64,000 nt of DNA from the NCBI RefSeq assembly GCF_009914755.1, contig NC_060930.1. One strand, given 5' to 3'. The notes under the pieces are model-generated. The model did not search any database. It had not been told where the DNA came from and saw nothing but the letters and a program-made list of their open reading frames with translations. The stretch comes from the human T2T-CHM13v2.0 reference genome, Homo sapiens. This document shows positions 31,226 to 45,497 of this stretch, one piece after another. Position 1 is the stretch's first letter. The number at the start of each line of letters is the position of its first letter. A program made the position numbers and the translations under genes.

Positions 31226-31835
31226 GACTTATTGGTGTGGGAGGCTCTTAAACATTCCAATGAGACTCAGGCTGCAGTAATAGTACAGGGCCTAATATGT
31301 ATAACAAAGAAATATTGTCTTTTAACGGCGTACCCCTGGCCTATCCCCTGGGATCTAGCATAAAATGATTTCATTATATTTATCAAATATTCTCTGCAAA
31401 ACATATTGCTATAAAAATCAGTTAAGCGTTTGTGACCAAATAGAAGAAATAAAGAGCTATAATTGTCTAAAGAGTGATACATGAGAAATTCACCAGAGCT
31501 ATCTGGTGCACAGGATCTTATAGCCTCTTTCATCCATCAAAGGTTTTTCTCCACAGATGTCAGCCAGGAGGTTATCTGTATCGTAAACACTATGCAAAGC
31601 TTTCTGGATCCTTTCTCTGGGACAGGTTGCCTCCATTGACTATGTTATCAATCAGGGCATAAACCACAGCCTTAATGTTATCTGAGACTCAGAAGTTCAC
31701 CCTGGCACACTAACTGCTGGGGAATTATGAGTCGTGGGATTGCTCTAACACAGAGAGTATTGTGCTGTGAAGATTATGGAATCTTATTAGAAAAGGCTCT
31801 GCCCCAGATATGCAGCAGTTAAAATCAGAGTATTT

Positions 31836-31904
31836 CTTTAGATACCATAGGGAAGATGAAAAATGTTGGAACCTGTTTATATTGTCTCATATGTACTCCC
31901 AGGA
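31836..31904 (+). repeat. 69-bp dispersed duplicate, copy 1
   Basis: 68/69 identical to 35507-35575. Confidence 0.97.
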
Positions 31905-33789
31905 TGCAGAGCCAGCAGCAGGAGCTGCAGCAGCCCTTACTTATTAGTACAAATTTCCCCTTTGAAGGGTTATTTAAAAATATTTGTACATATTTCAAAT
32001 CCCTCAATCTGGTTTGTGGCAAATGGTTGCTTAAATAACTTCTTAATTATTTTGTTCTAGTTTTTGCAGAAGGTCTGTTGCAGATATTTAGCACAAAGCT
32101 TAGATTGTTGAGGCCTTTACCTACCTCCTCAATAGATTTCAGGAAAATAAAATCAAGGGCTGCTAAATTGTTACTCTCTTTATGTAGTATGCACAAATAG
32201 AATGGATTGTGGACCTCAGTACAGGAAAGACATACTTGCACAACTGCATGGTAATAATTTTTATGTATGTTAAAATTATGTTCTTGCTATTTTGTCATAA
32301 TATTCCAGAGTGAAGCTTTAGAAGAATGACATGCTTATAATAGCTGTAAACAGAGTCGCTTTGCAGATCTCAGGTAGCAAATTATCTCATGAACTTGTAG
32401 ATAAAATGTAAGCAAAATTATTTGAAATTAATGGTAGATAAATAGAAACGAATTAAAGCCAATGTTATTTTGCAGTAAAATCAGGTAGAATCACTCGTTG
32501 AAGGAGACTCGTGAGTCACCAAACTTGGACTTAAGCAAATTTTGATGAGCAAATGTATGCCAAGTCTTGGTTTCTGCACCTATGTTTGAGTGGCTGGAAA
32601 GACACACATCAAGTATGGAGGGATGCTGGCTTGTGGAATTTATGGACTAAGGGTGTATGAAATCCTGAATGATCCTGAACTATCATGTGGTCAATTTGTT
32701 CCTTGTAGCTATACTGAAGATGAGATGGTGTCATACCCTAATTGATCCTGTGGTGGCTGGTTTGAAGCAGCTGGGCTAGGTACCTAGAGACAACCTCAGT
32801 CCTGTGTCCCTACTTTTCTAATTATTTATGTAACCTGCTGTATTTTATTCTATATATTTACACATGAATGTGTATGTGTGTAAGACATATATGTATCTGT
32901 TTCATAAGCATAGGAAATACAGTAATTGCTGAGCTCTCCTCCTACACCAGATTATATAAGAAACAACCAGTTGGGAAACATCATAATGCTGAGCTTCACT
33001 TACTCTCTCAGCCTTTTTTCACCTGCCATTGTGTATCTTGGGTAAATATGACTCATCACAAAGAAACCTGAGTATTAGAATTTAGGAAAAAATCCAGTTT
33101 GGGCGATTGCAGTGTCAGAATTTGGATTCTTCTGATTATGATTATGTTGAGTGGTCCTTTCAACAGATTAAGGGTGCTTTCTGGTAAATTAAGTTTTCAG
33201 GGCAAAATAAGGTGAGGTGACATATGAATATGCATATATGTATGTGTGTTTATGTGTGTATATGTATAAATTTGTGTGTGTGCATTTATATATACATCTT
33301 CATCACACCACATGAACCATTTGGAAACTATCCTGCTGAGGGTGAGAGCCTATGTGATGTAACTTCCTCAGTTTAGGAAGAAGGGAAATATCAAGGAAAG
33401 TAAAGAAAAATGAGACACCACTCCAAGATAACATTGTTTTACAATAAAATCCATAATCTCCACCCCATGAAGATCATGTTGTGGACACTGTTTTGGCAAT
33501 GAAAATAATAGGTACATGTCAAAACACTTCAAATGGCCACCATCCGTAGACATCAGCTTTATACAAAACATCACATGGTCATTGAATGAACAGTGTTCAC
33601 CTACACTTCATTTTAAGGAAATGAAATGAAATCCCTAACCCCAGACCCATAGACAGAGAGTTCAGCCAGGCCCAGTAAAAGATACGATTTAGTCTAAGCA
33701 GACCATGGCCTCAGGCAGCCTACCACCTGCATAAGCTTAATAAAACAAAAAGCAAAAATAACAGAGCTTGGAGGTTAAATAACACAAAT

Positions 33790-34440
33790 AGATCATTTCT
33801 AGAAAAAAGCAATTTGAGAAAGAGTGAGTTCATGCAAATTCCCCAAAGTCACACAATTGGTAAGTGGCAGAGCAAAGACGAGAATCCAGGCATCCTGGCT
33901 TGAGTTTATGTCCTTGACTCTATGCAATATCTTCTCTCTACAGAAGCTGTGACCTCAGAGAGGTTGCTTTAACATTTGTTTTTAAACTCTATGGTTTCTT
34001 CTTTCCTTCATTTTACAAATAATAATTGGCTGCCTCCACACTTCTTTCTGCTAGTTGAGTGGGAGGAGAGAGGCATGAATCAACCAATGATCCAATAAAT
34101 TATTTAATTTCAATTATGAAAAGTACTAGGAGGCAAAAGAGGCTATGGAAATATATGATGGAAGTGAGTGATGGGGTCCAACCTAGGTCTAGGGTAAGGG
34201 CAGGAGTCCTTGAGGAAGTGACATTTGAGCTGGGCATTAATTCCAGGCAGAGGGAACACCTGCATGAAGGCCTTGAGGCAGGAAGTAGCATGGCACCTGA
34301 GAGGGTCTGAAAAAGGACCAGAGCAGCAGGCATGGAGATTGATATGACATGAGCTGGGGAGACCAGGAGGAAATGTGGGCTCAGGTAGGGCCTTCAGGTC
34401 AACTTTAGAGTTTGATGTTTATTCCTAAGTGCAATGGGCT
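33790..34440 (-). mobile_element. MIR fragment followed by L2 fragment
   Basis: aaagtcacacaattggtaagtggcagagc; gaggaagtgacatttgagctggg. Confidence 0.7.
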
Positions 34441-35506
34441 GCTAATATTCATTGAAGTGTGTTTATCTCCATACACATAATAAATACTATAAATATAAAT
34501 AATATATATTTATATTATAAAATAATATATAATTTATAGTATTTATATAAATTTGTATATTATTTCTAGAAATAACATACACAAATATATGTTACATATA
34601 TTATATATTTGTATATAAATATTATTTCTAGAAATAATATATAAATAATAATAGTGTTTATTATGTGGATAATAATAGAGGAAAAAAGCTGAGGTTTCAG
34701 CATCTCTTTTTCCCCTAGAATTTAGATTGGAGTTTTCCAGATGATCTATGGTAGGAGTCAGCATCCTTTCAAAGCAGGATGCGAAGCTGCCACTGCCTCC
34801 TATCCTGATTTACAGGATAAGGTCCAACTCTTATAATGAGCAAGATGGGAGCCATTAGTTGTCCAAGATGTCAGAGATCAACTTCTGCACCTTTTGGCAG
34901 GGGACTCCCTGCTACCTATTGCCTGGGGACTGTAGTTTCCCTCTCCTCCCCTGTCTCATCTTAAGTTATATGGAACAAAGATTACTTTCAGACTGACTTT
35001 GCTCTTTTATTTTTGATGGGTTTGGAGGATCAGTCAGCCAAAGCCTAAATAAAAGAAGTCCCCAATGCATAAACTTTCATTTCTAAAGCTTTTATATCAG
35101 AAGGTGGAGTGACCCTTGGATTTATCCCTTCGATTATCAAATAGGCTTGCTTTCCCTGGTGCCTGTATCTGTGCTCCAGGCATCATCATTTCTCCTAGAA
35201 GTGAGATGATAAATGGTGGTTCTGTTCCTGGGCAAGCCTACAATTGTATTAAATGGCCTCTGAGCCTGGAGAAAAGGGGACCATGCAGCTCAGAAGGGAG
35301 GAAATGAGGAGTAGAATCTCCTTCCCTCTCTCCTGGGTGTAATTTTGAAATTAGAGTGATAAAAGAAAATCCTGTTTGAGTGGGAGCAGGGAGAGCTGCA
35401 AGGATAAGCATAAACTCTATTAATGAAAGGTGGTCCCCAGTATAGGGCTTCCAAGTGAGCTGGTGGCCTCCTGAGCTGGGCATGGAAAGGCCGTGAGGAG
35501 CACTGC

Positions 35507-35575
35507 CTTTAGATACCATAGGGAAGATGAAAAATGTTGGAACCTGTTTATATTGACTCATATGTACTCCCAGGA
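35507..35575 (+). repeat. 69-bp dispersed duplicate, copy 2
   Basis: 68/69 identical to 31836-31904. Confidence 0.97.
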
Positions 35576-38134
35576 AGCGCTACAGTTAGGCTGGCACTGC
35601 AGCTGCTCTTCGACACTGTTCAGAGTCCCCTTGTGAAACATGGAGGACTGGGTGACAGCTCTTTGTCTCCTGGCTTCCCAGAACCGATAGCATGCAGTGA
35701 CCCGGGCCTCTTTCTCTCTCCCATCTCCTCTCTCTCTTTCACCTGTTTTTGCAAAGTTGTGTAGTAGAAGCAGCCTTTACCATTTTAGGAGCAAGCAGCC
35801 TGTGCAGTGGAAAATACAGCAAAAATCACCATGTGCAGCTCCAGCAGCAGCCCCAGCCCTGCTCAGTGAAACAGCCGGGCAGAGGTGGCAGCTGTGGGTG
35901 TGCTGGGAAGTCATGGGAAAATCCAGAGCAGAGCCAACGCAGGGCCACTGAGTGCTGCTGCAGGGGGCAGGAGAACCCCACTAACGATCCTCAGTCCTTA
36001 GAGTCAGGGAATAAAGCCAGGCATCTGAGCAGATATGAGCAATCCCAGAGATAAGAATCTAAGCTCCTTGGGAGCAGAGGCTGTGTCTTGTGTCTCCTTG
36101 AATTCCCAGAGTCTATGTTGGCCACACAGCAGAATGCATCCTTCATTGCTGGAAGGAAGAATCAGACACAGGAGATGGGAGGGAGCCACCAGAACTGTGG
36201 AGAGGTTGGAGGGCAGAACACTCAGACTTAGAGGCATGTGTTGAGGAGGAGATAGACTAAGAGACTGTTCTGTCCTGTCTATGAAGCCCTGAAAGGGATG
36301 GAGCTAGCCACTGAGAAACAACTACGTGGAATTATACTGGAAAATTACAATTAATATTTCACTTTTCTCAAAAATATTTTATTTTGAAAGACCTGAATAT
36401 CTTAAATGCTGGTTACCAGAGTTACCATGTTGATGTGAAATGGCCTGTTTTGGCACATCATTTTAAGGTGTGCACTGGGAGGGCAGGGTTGGTGATAAGC
36501 ACACCATCCACCCTAGGCCAGGGTTTCCCATCGCATATCCCGCTGAACACCAGTCTTACTGGGTGCTCTACCAAAAAAAGAAAGAAAGGATCCTTGGCCA
36601 AATAATTTAGGGAATGGAGTGGACCAGATGTTTCTTTTGGAGAGCCTTCATTTAAATAGCATATGAAGGTCTGGACTTCAGTGAACAGACTTTATTTCAT
36701 TCAATGCAACGCCTCCTGAGCTTCAATGAACATAGAAGCCCATTGACATATAGCAAATATTTCCTACATGTTGGGCAATGTTGCTGCTGTGGCTAGTTAA
36801 AGCAGATTTCAGTTATATCTGTTTAGGGCCATTGCAGAATCACAGGAAGTTGAAATTTTCCTTAGACCATTCTGAATGACCCCTGGAGCATAGTCCTGGG
36901 GCAATGGCTTCATTTCATCATGGATCTGGATCCAGAGTCAGATAAAGCCAGTAAAAGAAAAACCTGTCAGCTGTTTACCTGTCACTAAATAAACAAAGGC
37001 AAATTGCTTTACTTTCTTGAGCTCCATTTTTCCCACCTGCCCTCTTGTACTTCTTTTCTCAGAAGGGTGTGTAGAGAATGAAAGGTATATCTTATCCCAT
37101 GAAGCCTAACTGGGATTTGTTGTAGTTAAGCAGAATTAACATTTCTTATTTGCAAGCATAATCTTCTTTGCTATTCCTACCAGCAGGACTCAGAGAAGTC
37201 AGATTGTATTGTCTGCATTTACAGAGGTAGAAAGCAGTGCATAGAGAGATTGAGGGGATAACAGAGTTCCTAGCTGGGTGTGTCCTTCTTGTGATACTCT
37301 AAAATGGGCTGTTGCACATACAGCTCACAAAATAGGGTCTTGACCAAGAGGAATACAGCTGAGCTCACTTCTAACAAAGTCTCTGCTTGTAGCTGGGGTT
37401 GCTAGCTTTGTAGTGATTTGTCAGGACTAGGTTCTGTTTTCATTACTGTGCTCTTGCACAAACAGAAGGCGATTTGAAATAAATGGGGACATTTATCCAC
37501 TAGGTGGAGCTACATCCTTTGTTCTCTGATGGATGCTTTTCCCAACACTAAAATGTATTTGGTTTGGGTGGGAACTCAGCAAAGAGTATACATCGTTTTT
37601 TTCTCTCACCTTGTTGTGGGAGCTACAGTACTTTGAATGAAGAATGAATGGAGAATGGGCATGTTTTCATGCTGGGAATAAGAGATACGATGTGTTAGAA
37701 TGTCCTGTGAAATGTAGCAGATAGCTGAGCGAAATCAGACTGCCTCACTTTGAATTAGGTCCCACGACTTGCTAAATGCATGGAAAATGGAAAGTTATTT
37801 AACCCACCCGTTATTTCACTTCTTATCTATTTTTTTATTTGTTAAATAGTTGCATTATAAGGTTTCTTGATGGAGTAAATGAAATCTGTGTGGAGAACTT
37901 AACCAATAATCTGGAACATTGTAATTCCTCAGTGTGTTAGTAATTGGTATTATCTGTGGTTTAAGTTTTCATGTGATTCAATGCCTAGTAAAAAACAACT
38001 TGATATTTTCATATGAAAATGTGAAATTCAACAGGATTTGTATTTCCGGGCTGCCTTGATTCTTTTGTTACCATTTGGGTTCCCGCATGCCCTCAACCTT
38101 CTTAATCCCTGCACGGCCTTCCTCTTCCCTAAAG

Positions 38135-38292
38135 CAGTGTTCTTCAGACTAATGTGTGCATCCACTCACTAGGAGGACTTGTTAAAACTCAGATTGCTGG
38201 GCTCCACCCCCAGGGCTTATGATTCTGTGGGGCTGTGGTGGGACTTGAGAATACACATTTCTAAAGAATGCCCAGGCGATGCTGATGCTGCT
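38135..38292. mobile_element. MER5A
   Basis: cttgttaaaactcagattgctgggctccacccc..catttctaa..gatgctgatgctgct. Confidence 0.8.
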
Positions 38293-38886
38293 TGCATACC
38301 TGCTCTGCCTGCCTGTGGGTGGGCCTCATGTGGGCACAGTGGGCTGTGACTGGGAGGCAGGGCTGCGTAGGCTTCTTTGTAGTTAGCTGCTCCAGGCCAG
38401 GCTGGCTCCCTTTCCTGGCTGGCCTTGGTGTCTAAAATGCCTTCCTCTAGAGATGTGTTTATATGAAAAAACAGATAAAGTCATTGTGAGGCTTGCAACT
38501 CCTCTTTATCATTTCTTCTTACCAACCCTGTCCCTCCCCTTACAGTTTTGATCTGACTCACACTGAAAACACACTAGGCTTCCCAGTGAATAGCTTAGAG
38601 GCCAAAGGCTATGCAAGAAATAGTAGGCAATTCGTCCACATTAAAAAAATGATCTTCAGCACAGTATATGACACATGGTAAACGTTCAACTATATTTGCT
38701 GAATGAATAAATGTGCTATGGAAGCTACATGTGGGCTAATGATAGGAGACCTCACCAGCTAGAAAGCTTTCCATTTACCAGCTGTGTGACAATGGCAAAA
38801 TTATTTTATGAACAAAACACAGCTTACAATGATTAGGTATTACTGTGATTTACAGCTACATATTGATTAATACTGCTTCAATTCTT

Positions 38887-38966
38887 TTAGGTTGAACCAT
38901 GTAAAATCGCCTCTATCTGACCATTTTTGATTTACAAAAATGACAGCTTTATATGGTTCAGCCTGA
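38887..38966. mobile_element. MADE2 (mariner-derived 80-bp MITE)
   Basis: ttaggttgaaccat...atggttcagcctga inverted termini, 80 bp. Confidence 0.8.
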
Positions 38967-39959
38967 TAAAACTTCTGTACTTTAAATTAGGCACATGCTT
39001 AACTAAACTCTTTTTCCGATATGCTTTCAATTCCGGGGAAGTGGATTCCTTCTTCTCTTTTTCTCGCTGCACATCTAAATGTTGTGGGAATATTTTAAAA
39101 AATAAGCCTGATGTTGGCTCTGTAAAAATTCAGTTTTATTCCCAGTCCAAGACGATCCTTCATCACTATTTTCTCATTGGAAGAATGATTCCCCTTCATT
39201 TGGAAGCAACTGGCAGATGTTCCCTGCTGAGCTGGCTCTCGGTTTTGGTGGAATGCTGCGGTGTTGAAATGCCACATGTACAATTGACTTTTCTTACTCT
39301 TCCCACTCCCCGTTCTGGAAATTGCTTCCACTTCCACCCCCACCCCATTCATAGGGTACATTAATCTGTGTTTTAATCTTCTGCACAACCACCCATGCCC
39401 TCTTCCCATGTCTGTCCCTCTCCCCCACCCTCTCTCATTTAATTACAACTAACTTGAGCATCAGCAAGTGAGAGCAGCTTGCCACACGACTCTTAAGTTA
39501 TTGCTTTAGTTATGCAAGAATCAATGTAAAGGTTTTAAACCCATCTGTTGTTGAGTCTTAGAACTTTTGGTGCCATGAAGTCAGTAAGATACAGTACTCT
39601 TCCAGTCCATAGTCATTCAATAAATACTTTTTGTGCACGGATTATATTAAGAAGCTCTGGCCACTTGTCCTTCATTGGAATATTTGTTAAATCATTTTAA
39701 CAACTGACAGCATTTTTTTTTTTTTTTAATATGGAAGGTAGAAAAAAACATGAGAATCCTGGTTACCAAAGGCTGTGGTAGGCGCACTGTCAGGAGGCAC
39801 GGGGCTCAGAAGAAGGCCCCAGACAGGTACAAAGTGGACAAATTTCACCTATTGCACAACTTTGCCTCATTTGGTTATATATAACTACAATTGCTGAAGG
39901 AAGAATTAGGTATATAAACTTGGTATTTTAAACCAAATGCACGCTCTACAAATCTCTCT

Positions 39960-40190
39960 ACAGAGTGAGCAGATAGAGTATTCATTCTGGAGTCCTGGGG
40001 TTCACTGCTCAATCACAGTGTGGCTTTGGGCAAGTTACTTTGTTTCTTGGTGCCTCAGTTTCCTCATCTGTAAAATGGAGATAACAGTAATAACTTCACA
40101 GAGTTGTTGTGGGGATAAAATGAGTGAAAGTGTCTAAAGTGCTTAGAACAGTGTCTGGCAAATAGAACTATGTAAATATGAGCTATTTTT
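39960..40190 (+). mobile_element. MIR
   Basis: ttgggcaagttactt..gcctcagtttcctcatctgtaaaatgg. Confidence 0.9.
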
Positions 40191-41792
40191 AGTTTCAGAG
40201 AATATCTCAGAAAATGCTAAATAATAAAAATATGTAAATAATCAAGAACTGCATTCTCCTGCAGGAGCTTTTGTAACCTTGATCTTTTAAAGGTCTTCTG
40301 CATTTTTTTTTCCAGGAACATGCAGTTTTAAATGGTTTTAAGATCATTATTTATTTTAAAAATCATTCAGTGCACTAATCCGGTGGGTTTATTATCAATA
40401 TATCCTTTTTTTTTCTCCCTTGATATTTAAGCTAAAACTTCTCTCTTCTTAATTCCAGTCTATTTTTCCTCATTATCATGCTTTCACTATGCTGGTGACT
40501 TTTTTTCTTTCTTCATGTTTACCTCGTCCTGATATTTACAGAAGTACAAGAGAGAATTTGTGAACTTGGACAAACTCTTCTGGAGAGAACACTCCAGGGA
40601 TCTTTTACAGACATCACAGTTCTCTTGGTTACATGAGGCAGCATGAACACAGTGCCATGGGTGCCTTTGGAAATTTATCATGAATAAAAACAGAGAAAAC
40701 CCAAAAGCCACCCATTCCTGAATTAGGAAGAACAGAATTCTAGGCTGACTTTTGAATTTCCTCAAGGACTTTAAATTCCGAGGTCTAGTGATGAAACAAT
40801 TCACACAGTCTTCAGCATTTGTGTTGTCATGTTTGGAATTGTGGGGGGTTGACTACAGTCATAGTTCACCAGGATTTCACAGCAGGATCGTGGGGTCTCA
40901 GCGACCCTACCCTCATGTAGATTATTTGTGCATGTTGGAAATATATTTAGTGCTTTGATATTTTATGATTATTTTATTTACTTACTGTAACTGTCATGTT
41001 TGGGAAAAAACATATTATACTTAAAAGGTTTATTTATGTTTTTCTTGTATTTTACGCCATGCTTCAACTCTGAAGTCTTTTAAACCTCAAAAGTATATCC
41101 AGACTTCAATACTAAGTTTTATGAGACAAATTATTTTTTTGTCTGCTGATTTTTCATAGTTTTTCCATGTATGATATTTACTTATTGGAATATTTATTTC
41201 AAGATGTCATATTCAGGGTCTAGTTAGGGTAATTTTAAGCATCCGGTAAGAAGTTATGTGTTGGTTACTTTTCTTAAAAACAAAAATTACCTGTCTCATT
41301 TTAGATACCTTCCATAGAGGAGAAAAAAGTAGCACCAATTTTATTCTGTTACAAAATTTCTCACTTTAGTAATATGGATACTGGAGAAATGCAGAATCTG
41401 AGACACTATGCAAGAGTTGTACAACTAGATGCAAAAGCTACATGTTGACGTATTCAAGCGAAAGGTCAGAATAAGCAAAGGAATGGAATTCTTTGGTGAT
41501 TCAGTTTTTATTCTAGGTTTTATCCTTAATATGCATCTGAGGTGGTGAAGATATGACATCAAGATACTACAATTTGAAAGTATAAGTCCTCATTTTCTGC
41601 CCTATCTTATTTTTAAGTTGTGTGTGAGCATAGAGGTAGGTGAATAAAAAATTAGTGCAAAGAGGGCACAACTAAATATCATCTTGGTCCAGCCAAAATC
41701 CCTAAGTCAAAATTTACCAGACTCTCTGCTCTTGACCTTGAAGCCTTGTAATCTACTAGACTATTTAAAGAGAGAGTAAGAAGGGCACTGTG

Positions 41793-42310
<518 letters not shown>

Positions 42311-42639
42311 TCACCTTCCTATTATCCCGTCCTCTATTTAAATGCTCCTAGTCAGAGCCTGAGTTCAAAGATGGTTCAATGAAGTGCTAGGTCAACAGAC
42401 ATAGCCTAGCTAGTATGATGCTTGGGGTGTTCTGAGAGACCTGAAAATAAGGAAGAAGATGTTTGTTCTTGCCTAAGTACCTGCCAAATCTTCTGGCCTA
42501 AAAAATAGAATTAGGGCGTGAGGCTCAGGTAGGCAGATGAGTAAAGGGGTATTGTAGCCTTGACCTATTGATATGATTTGTTGCCTTTTGTTAAAAAATT
42601 GAACAACTTGTAATCAAGATCTTAATACTACTATAACAA

Positions 42640-42750
42640 AAGTAGCCGCATTGTTATTCCTGTGCAAGGAAAAACTGAAGCCCAGAGAGCTTCAGCAGGT
42701 TGCTCAATGTCACTAACAGCAGAGCGAACAAGATCAAACTTGGAAAGTCC
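42640..42750 (-). mobile_element. MIR fragment
   Basis: aaactgaagcccagagag..ttgctcaatgtcac. Confidence 0.65.
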
Positions 42751-45074
42751 TTTTACGTTGCTTTCTAATTTGTTTTTCCGGGCTGCATGCACCTTCTTTA
42801 GTCTGTGGGAGGAACCATTGTGTGAATTTTCTATGAGACTGAAATAGACCTGATTGACAAAATTTTTTTTTTTTCCTAGGAGGAGATTTGCAACATTACG
42901 ACAAATGCTGAACATATCTGAATTCTAATTGTGAAGCACTAATGTTGTGCATTAGTGCTTAGCCTTGGGAAATTCTTACTTTGGGTGCCAAATTAAACTA
43001 ATCTACACTTACTAACTAACTAAACATTTTCTTAGCATGGCACAATGCTCAGATTTCTACCATAATATTGTACTTTACACTTTCTCTACTATTTTATAAA
43101 TTGTGTAAGCAGTGAAATATTTCAAGCTTTGAACCATGATTCTTCATGGCCTCCTGGAGGATTGTGATGCAAAACCTCTAAAGATACTGATGTTAACTGT
43201 CAGGTGATATTACAAACTGTCCCAATGGATGGTATAACCTGCAGAGTAGAATGTCATTATTATGAGACACAGCCTGAAACATGACGATACAGTAACAATT
43301 TTTCCTGAGCATTCTTATATTACTATTACAGTAATCCCTCAATCCAGCTAGAAGCTTTGTGCAGTGTTCTTTAAACAAAAAGTTCACAGAAAAATTAAGC
43401 AAGCTATATATAATATGAGAAGCCCTATATAAGCTGGTTTGGGAAGGCCAACCAAAGTCTATATTTATTTATCCATATTCTTGTCTACGTTCACTGTTCC
43501 AATCTATTATCTTATTTATTCTCAGAATGAAGTATAGCTAGACTGCCTCTATTTGAATCTGAAGTCTCTGAGGTTCACCTGTAAGCTTTAGGAGGTCACC
43601 CAGGTGAACTGGTAGATACTGACTTTCATTCTGAGCTGGTGCCTGGCCATTTGCGTGGAAAAGCCTGTCTTGATTATGAGTGGGGAAAGAGCAGAGCACA
43701 TTTAAAGATGATGATTTACCTGGCTGAGCGTTAGTCACTCCGTGCTGGATTTGTTACACAGGATGTTTCATTAGCTGCGGGGAGTATAGCATGTTTTCTG
43801 ACAAATATCCCCTAGAAATCAGATTCCAAAGTCCCCTTTGTCCTTGGGTGGTTTAACACTCCACACATTCTCTGCCTCGCTTTGTTAGAACCTGGACCCC
43901 TGCCATTCCTATGATAAAGGCGGTGGGGAATGTCTCACCTATCTTGGTAATTTGAGCTTTTGTCCCGTTTTCCAGGCAAGATTTCAAACTTTTAATTACC
44001 CACTTAGTAAAACCCAGATGTCCCATTTCAAAGACCTATTCCCATTAGGGAATTTTCATTTCCAAGCAATAGTTGGATGAAATCCTAGAGTTTTACTGCA
44101 TCCCATTTCCAGTACTTTAGCTTTGCTTTTTATTTTTTTATTTTTTTTCTGAGTAAATAAGACCATAAACTTTTAATTCTGTAAACCTATTTTAGATAGA
44201 ATTGGTAGTATACCACAGTCCACTACATTGAAGCTTTCCATCTAAACCTTAACTGGTTCTTTTCAAAATATTTCTTAGCATGCATTTGGTTCATAAACCT
44301 TCTTGGAGCGCTAAGAGGATAAGTGACTTTCAATTTGAAAATACATTACAAAGTGTTCCATCTCTTATAGTTTAAGGAATACTCTGGCCAAGGTCTTACA
44401 ACATTTACCTGACAGTGATTTTGATAAACGGATTCATCACTGGGTTGGAAAAGGGCCAGAATGAGATGGCTCTTGGACCAATTTACTGTGGCCATGTGTA
44501 TTGGCAGAAGAGTGTGGGTCTGGTGTGACCTTGTTTACACAGGGTATTTCCACAGCTGTGCTAGCTGAAAGTCTCAACTTCAATTGCTTATCTCCATTGA
44601 CCAAACTGGCTGGTCTAATCACCTGTTGATGGTGTTCCACATCAAATAGTCATTTTCCAATTTCAAGAGAGGATACTTAGGAATTTAAACTGGTTATATT
44701 GATGTGTAGGTAAAATAACAAAGTGGGGATTTAGCTCTGATAATCACATTGCAATTTAAGTCAAAGAGCAGATGATTAAAACTGCTATTTCAAGGTGGCC
44801 TTTATATGACCTGTGGATCAGGTACTATGCGTGATAAGGGCAATTTCAGGAGAGGACGTAAATTGTGATTATTTCTGAGTAAAATATGATGTTTTCTTTA
44901 CCTTTTATACTCTCCAAGGTGCTTCCACAGACATGCAGGATCACAATGACTTTATTTGCCACAATTAGAAAATGACCAAATATAATGGCTGGTAGAACCA
45001 CAGGCTTCTAAGGTCTGTGTGAATGGCATCCCAGGAAGCACAAATATGCAGAGGGCTGGAGTGATGATGCAGAG

Positions 45075-45497
45075 GCTTATATGGCTCTAGAATATTTGCC
45101 CCTCACTTTCACTCCCTCATTTCTGACTTCTTCACCTACTTGTCTCCCCTCATTCAGCTCCAGCCACTTGGGCCTTCTTGCTGGTAACTGAACAGCAATG
45201 CACTTAGGCCTCAGGGACCTTGTACTCGCTATTTCCCTGGCCATCCTATTTGACGTGGCAACTCTTCCCACCTCTCCTGTTCTGTTCTCTTACCTCATTT
45301 TTCATCATTTTTCGGTACATCACATACTGTGCCTGTAATCTGTCTTGCATGTTGTCTGGCACTTCCTCTACTCACCAGAGAATATGAATGCAGTGATTTT
45401 AGTCTGTTCTTTTTCCCAATGCTATAGCCCTAGCTTCTAGACTTGTGCCTGGTACATAATAGTTGCTTCATAAATATTTTGTGAATAAATGAATGAA
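45075..45497 (+). mobile_element. L2 3' end
   Basis: ctccagccac..gtgcctggtacataatagttgcttcataaatatttt gtgaataaatgaatga. Confidence 0.85.

Noticed and set aside
31836-31904. The 69-bp duplicate as a snoRNA, miRNA or mutually exclusive exon
   Set aside because: No C/D or H/ACA box pair, no hairpin, and no GT donor at its end.
38927-39364. 145-aa plus-strand ORF as a novel gene
   Set aside because: Non-ATG start inside MADE2, and antisense to the Tudor-like frame (FYRANI), so it is a shadow ORF.
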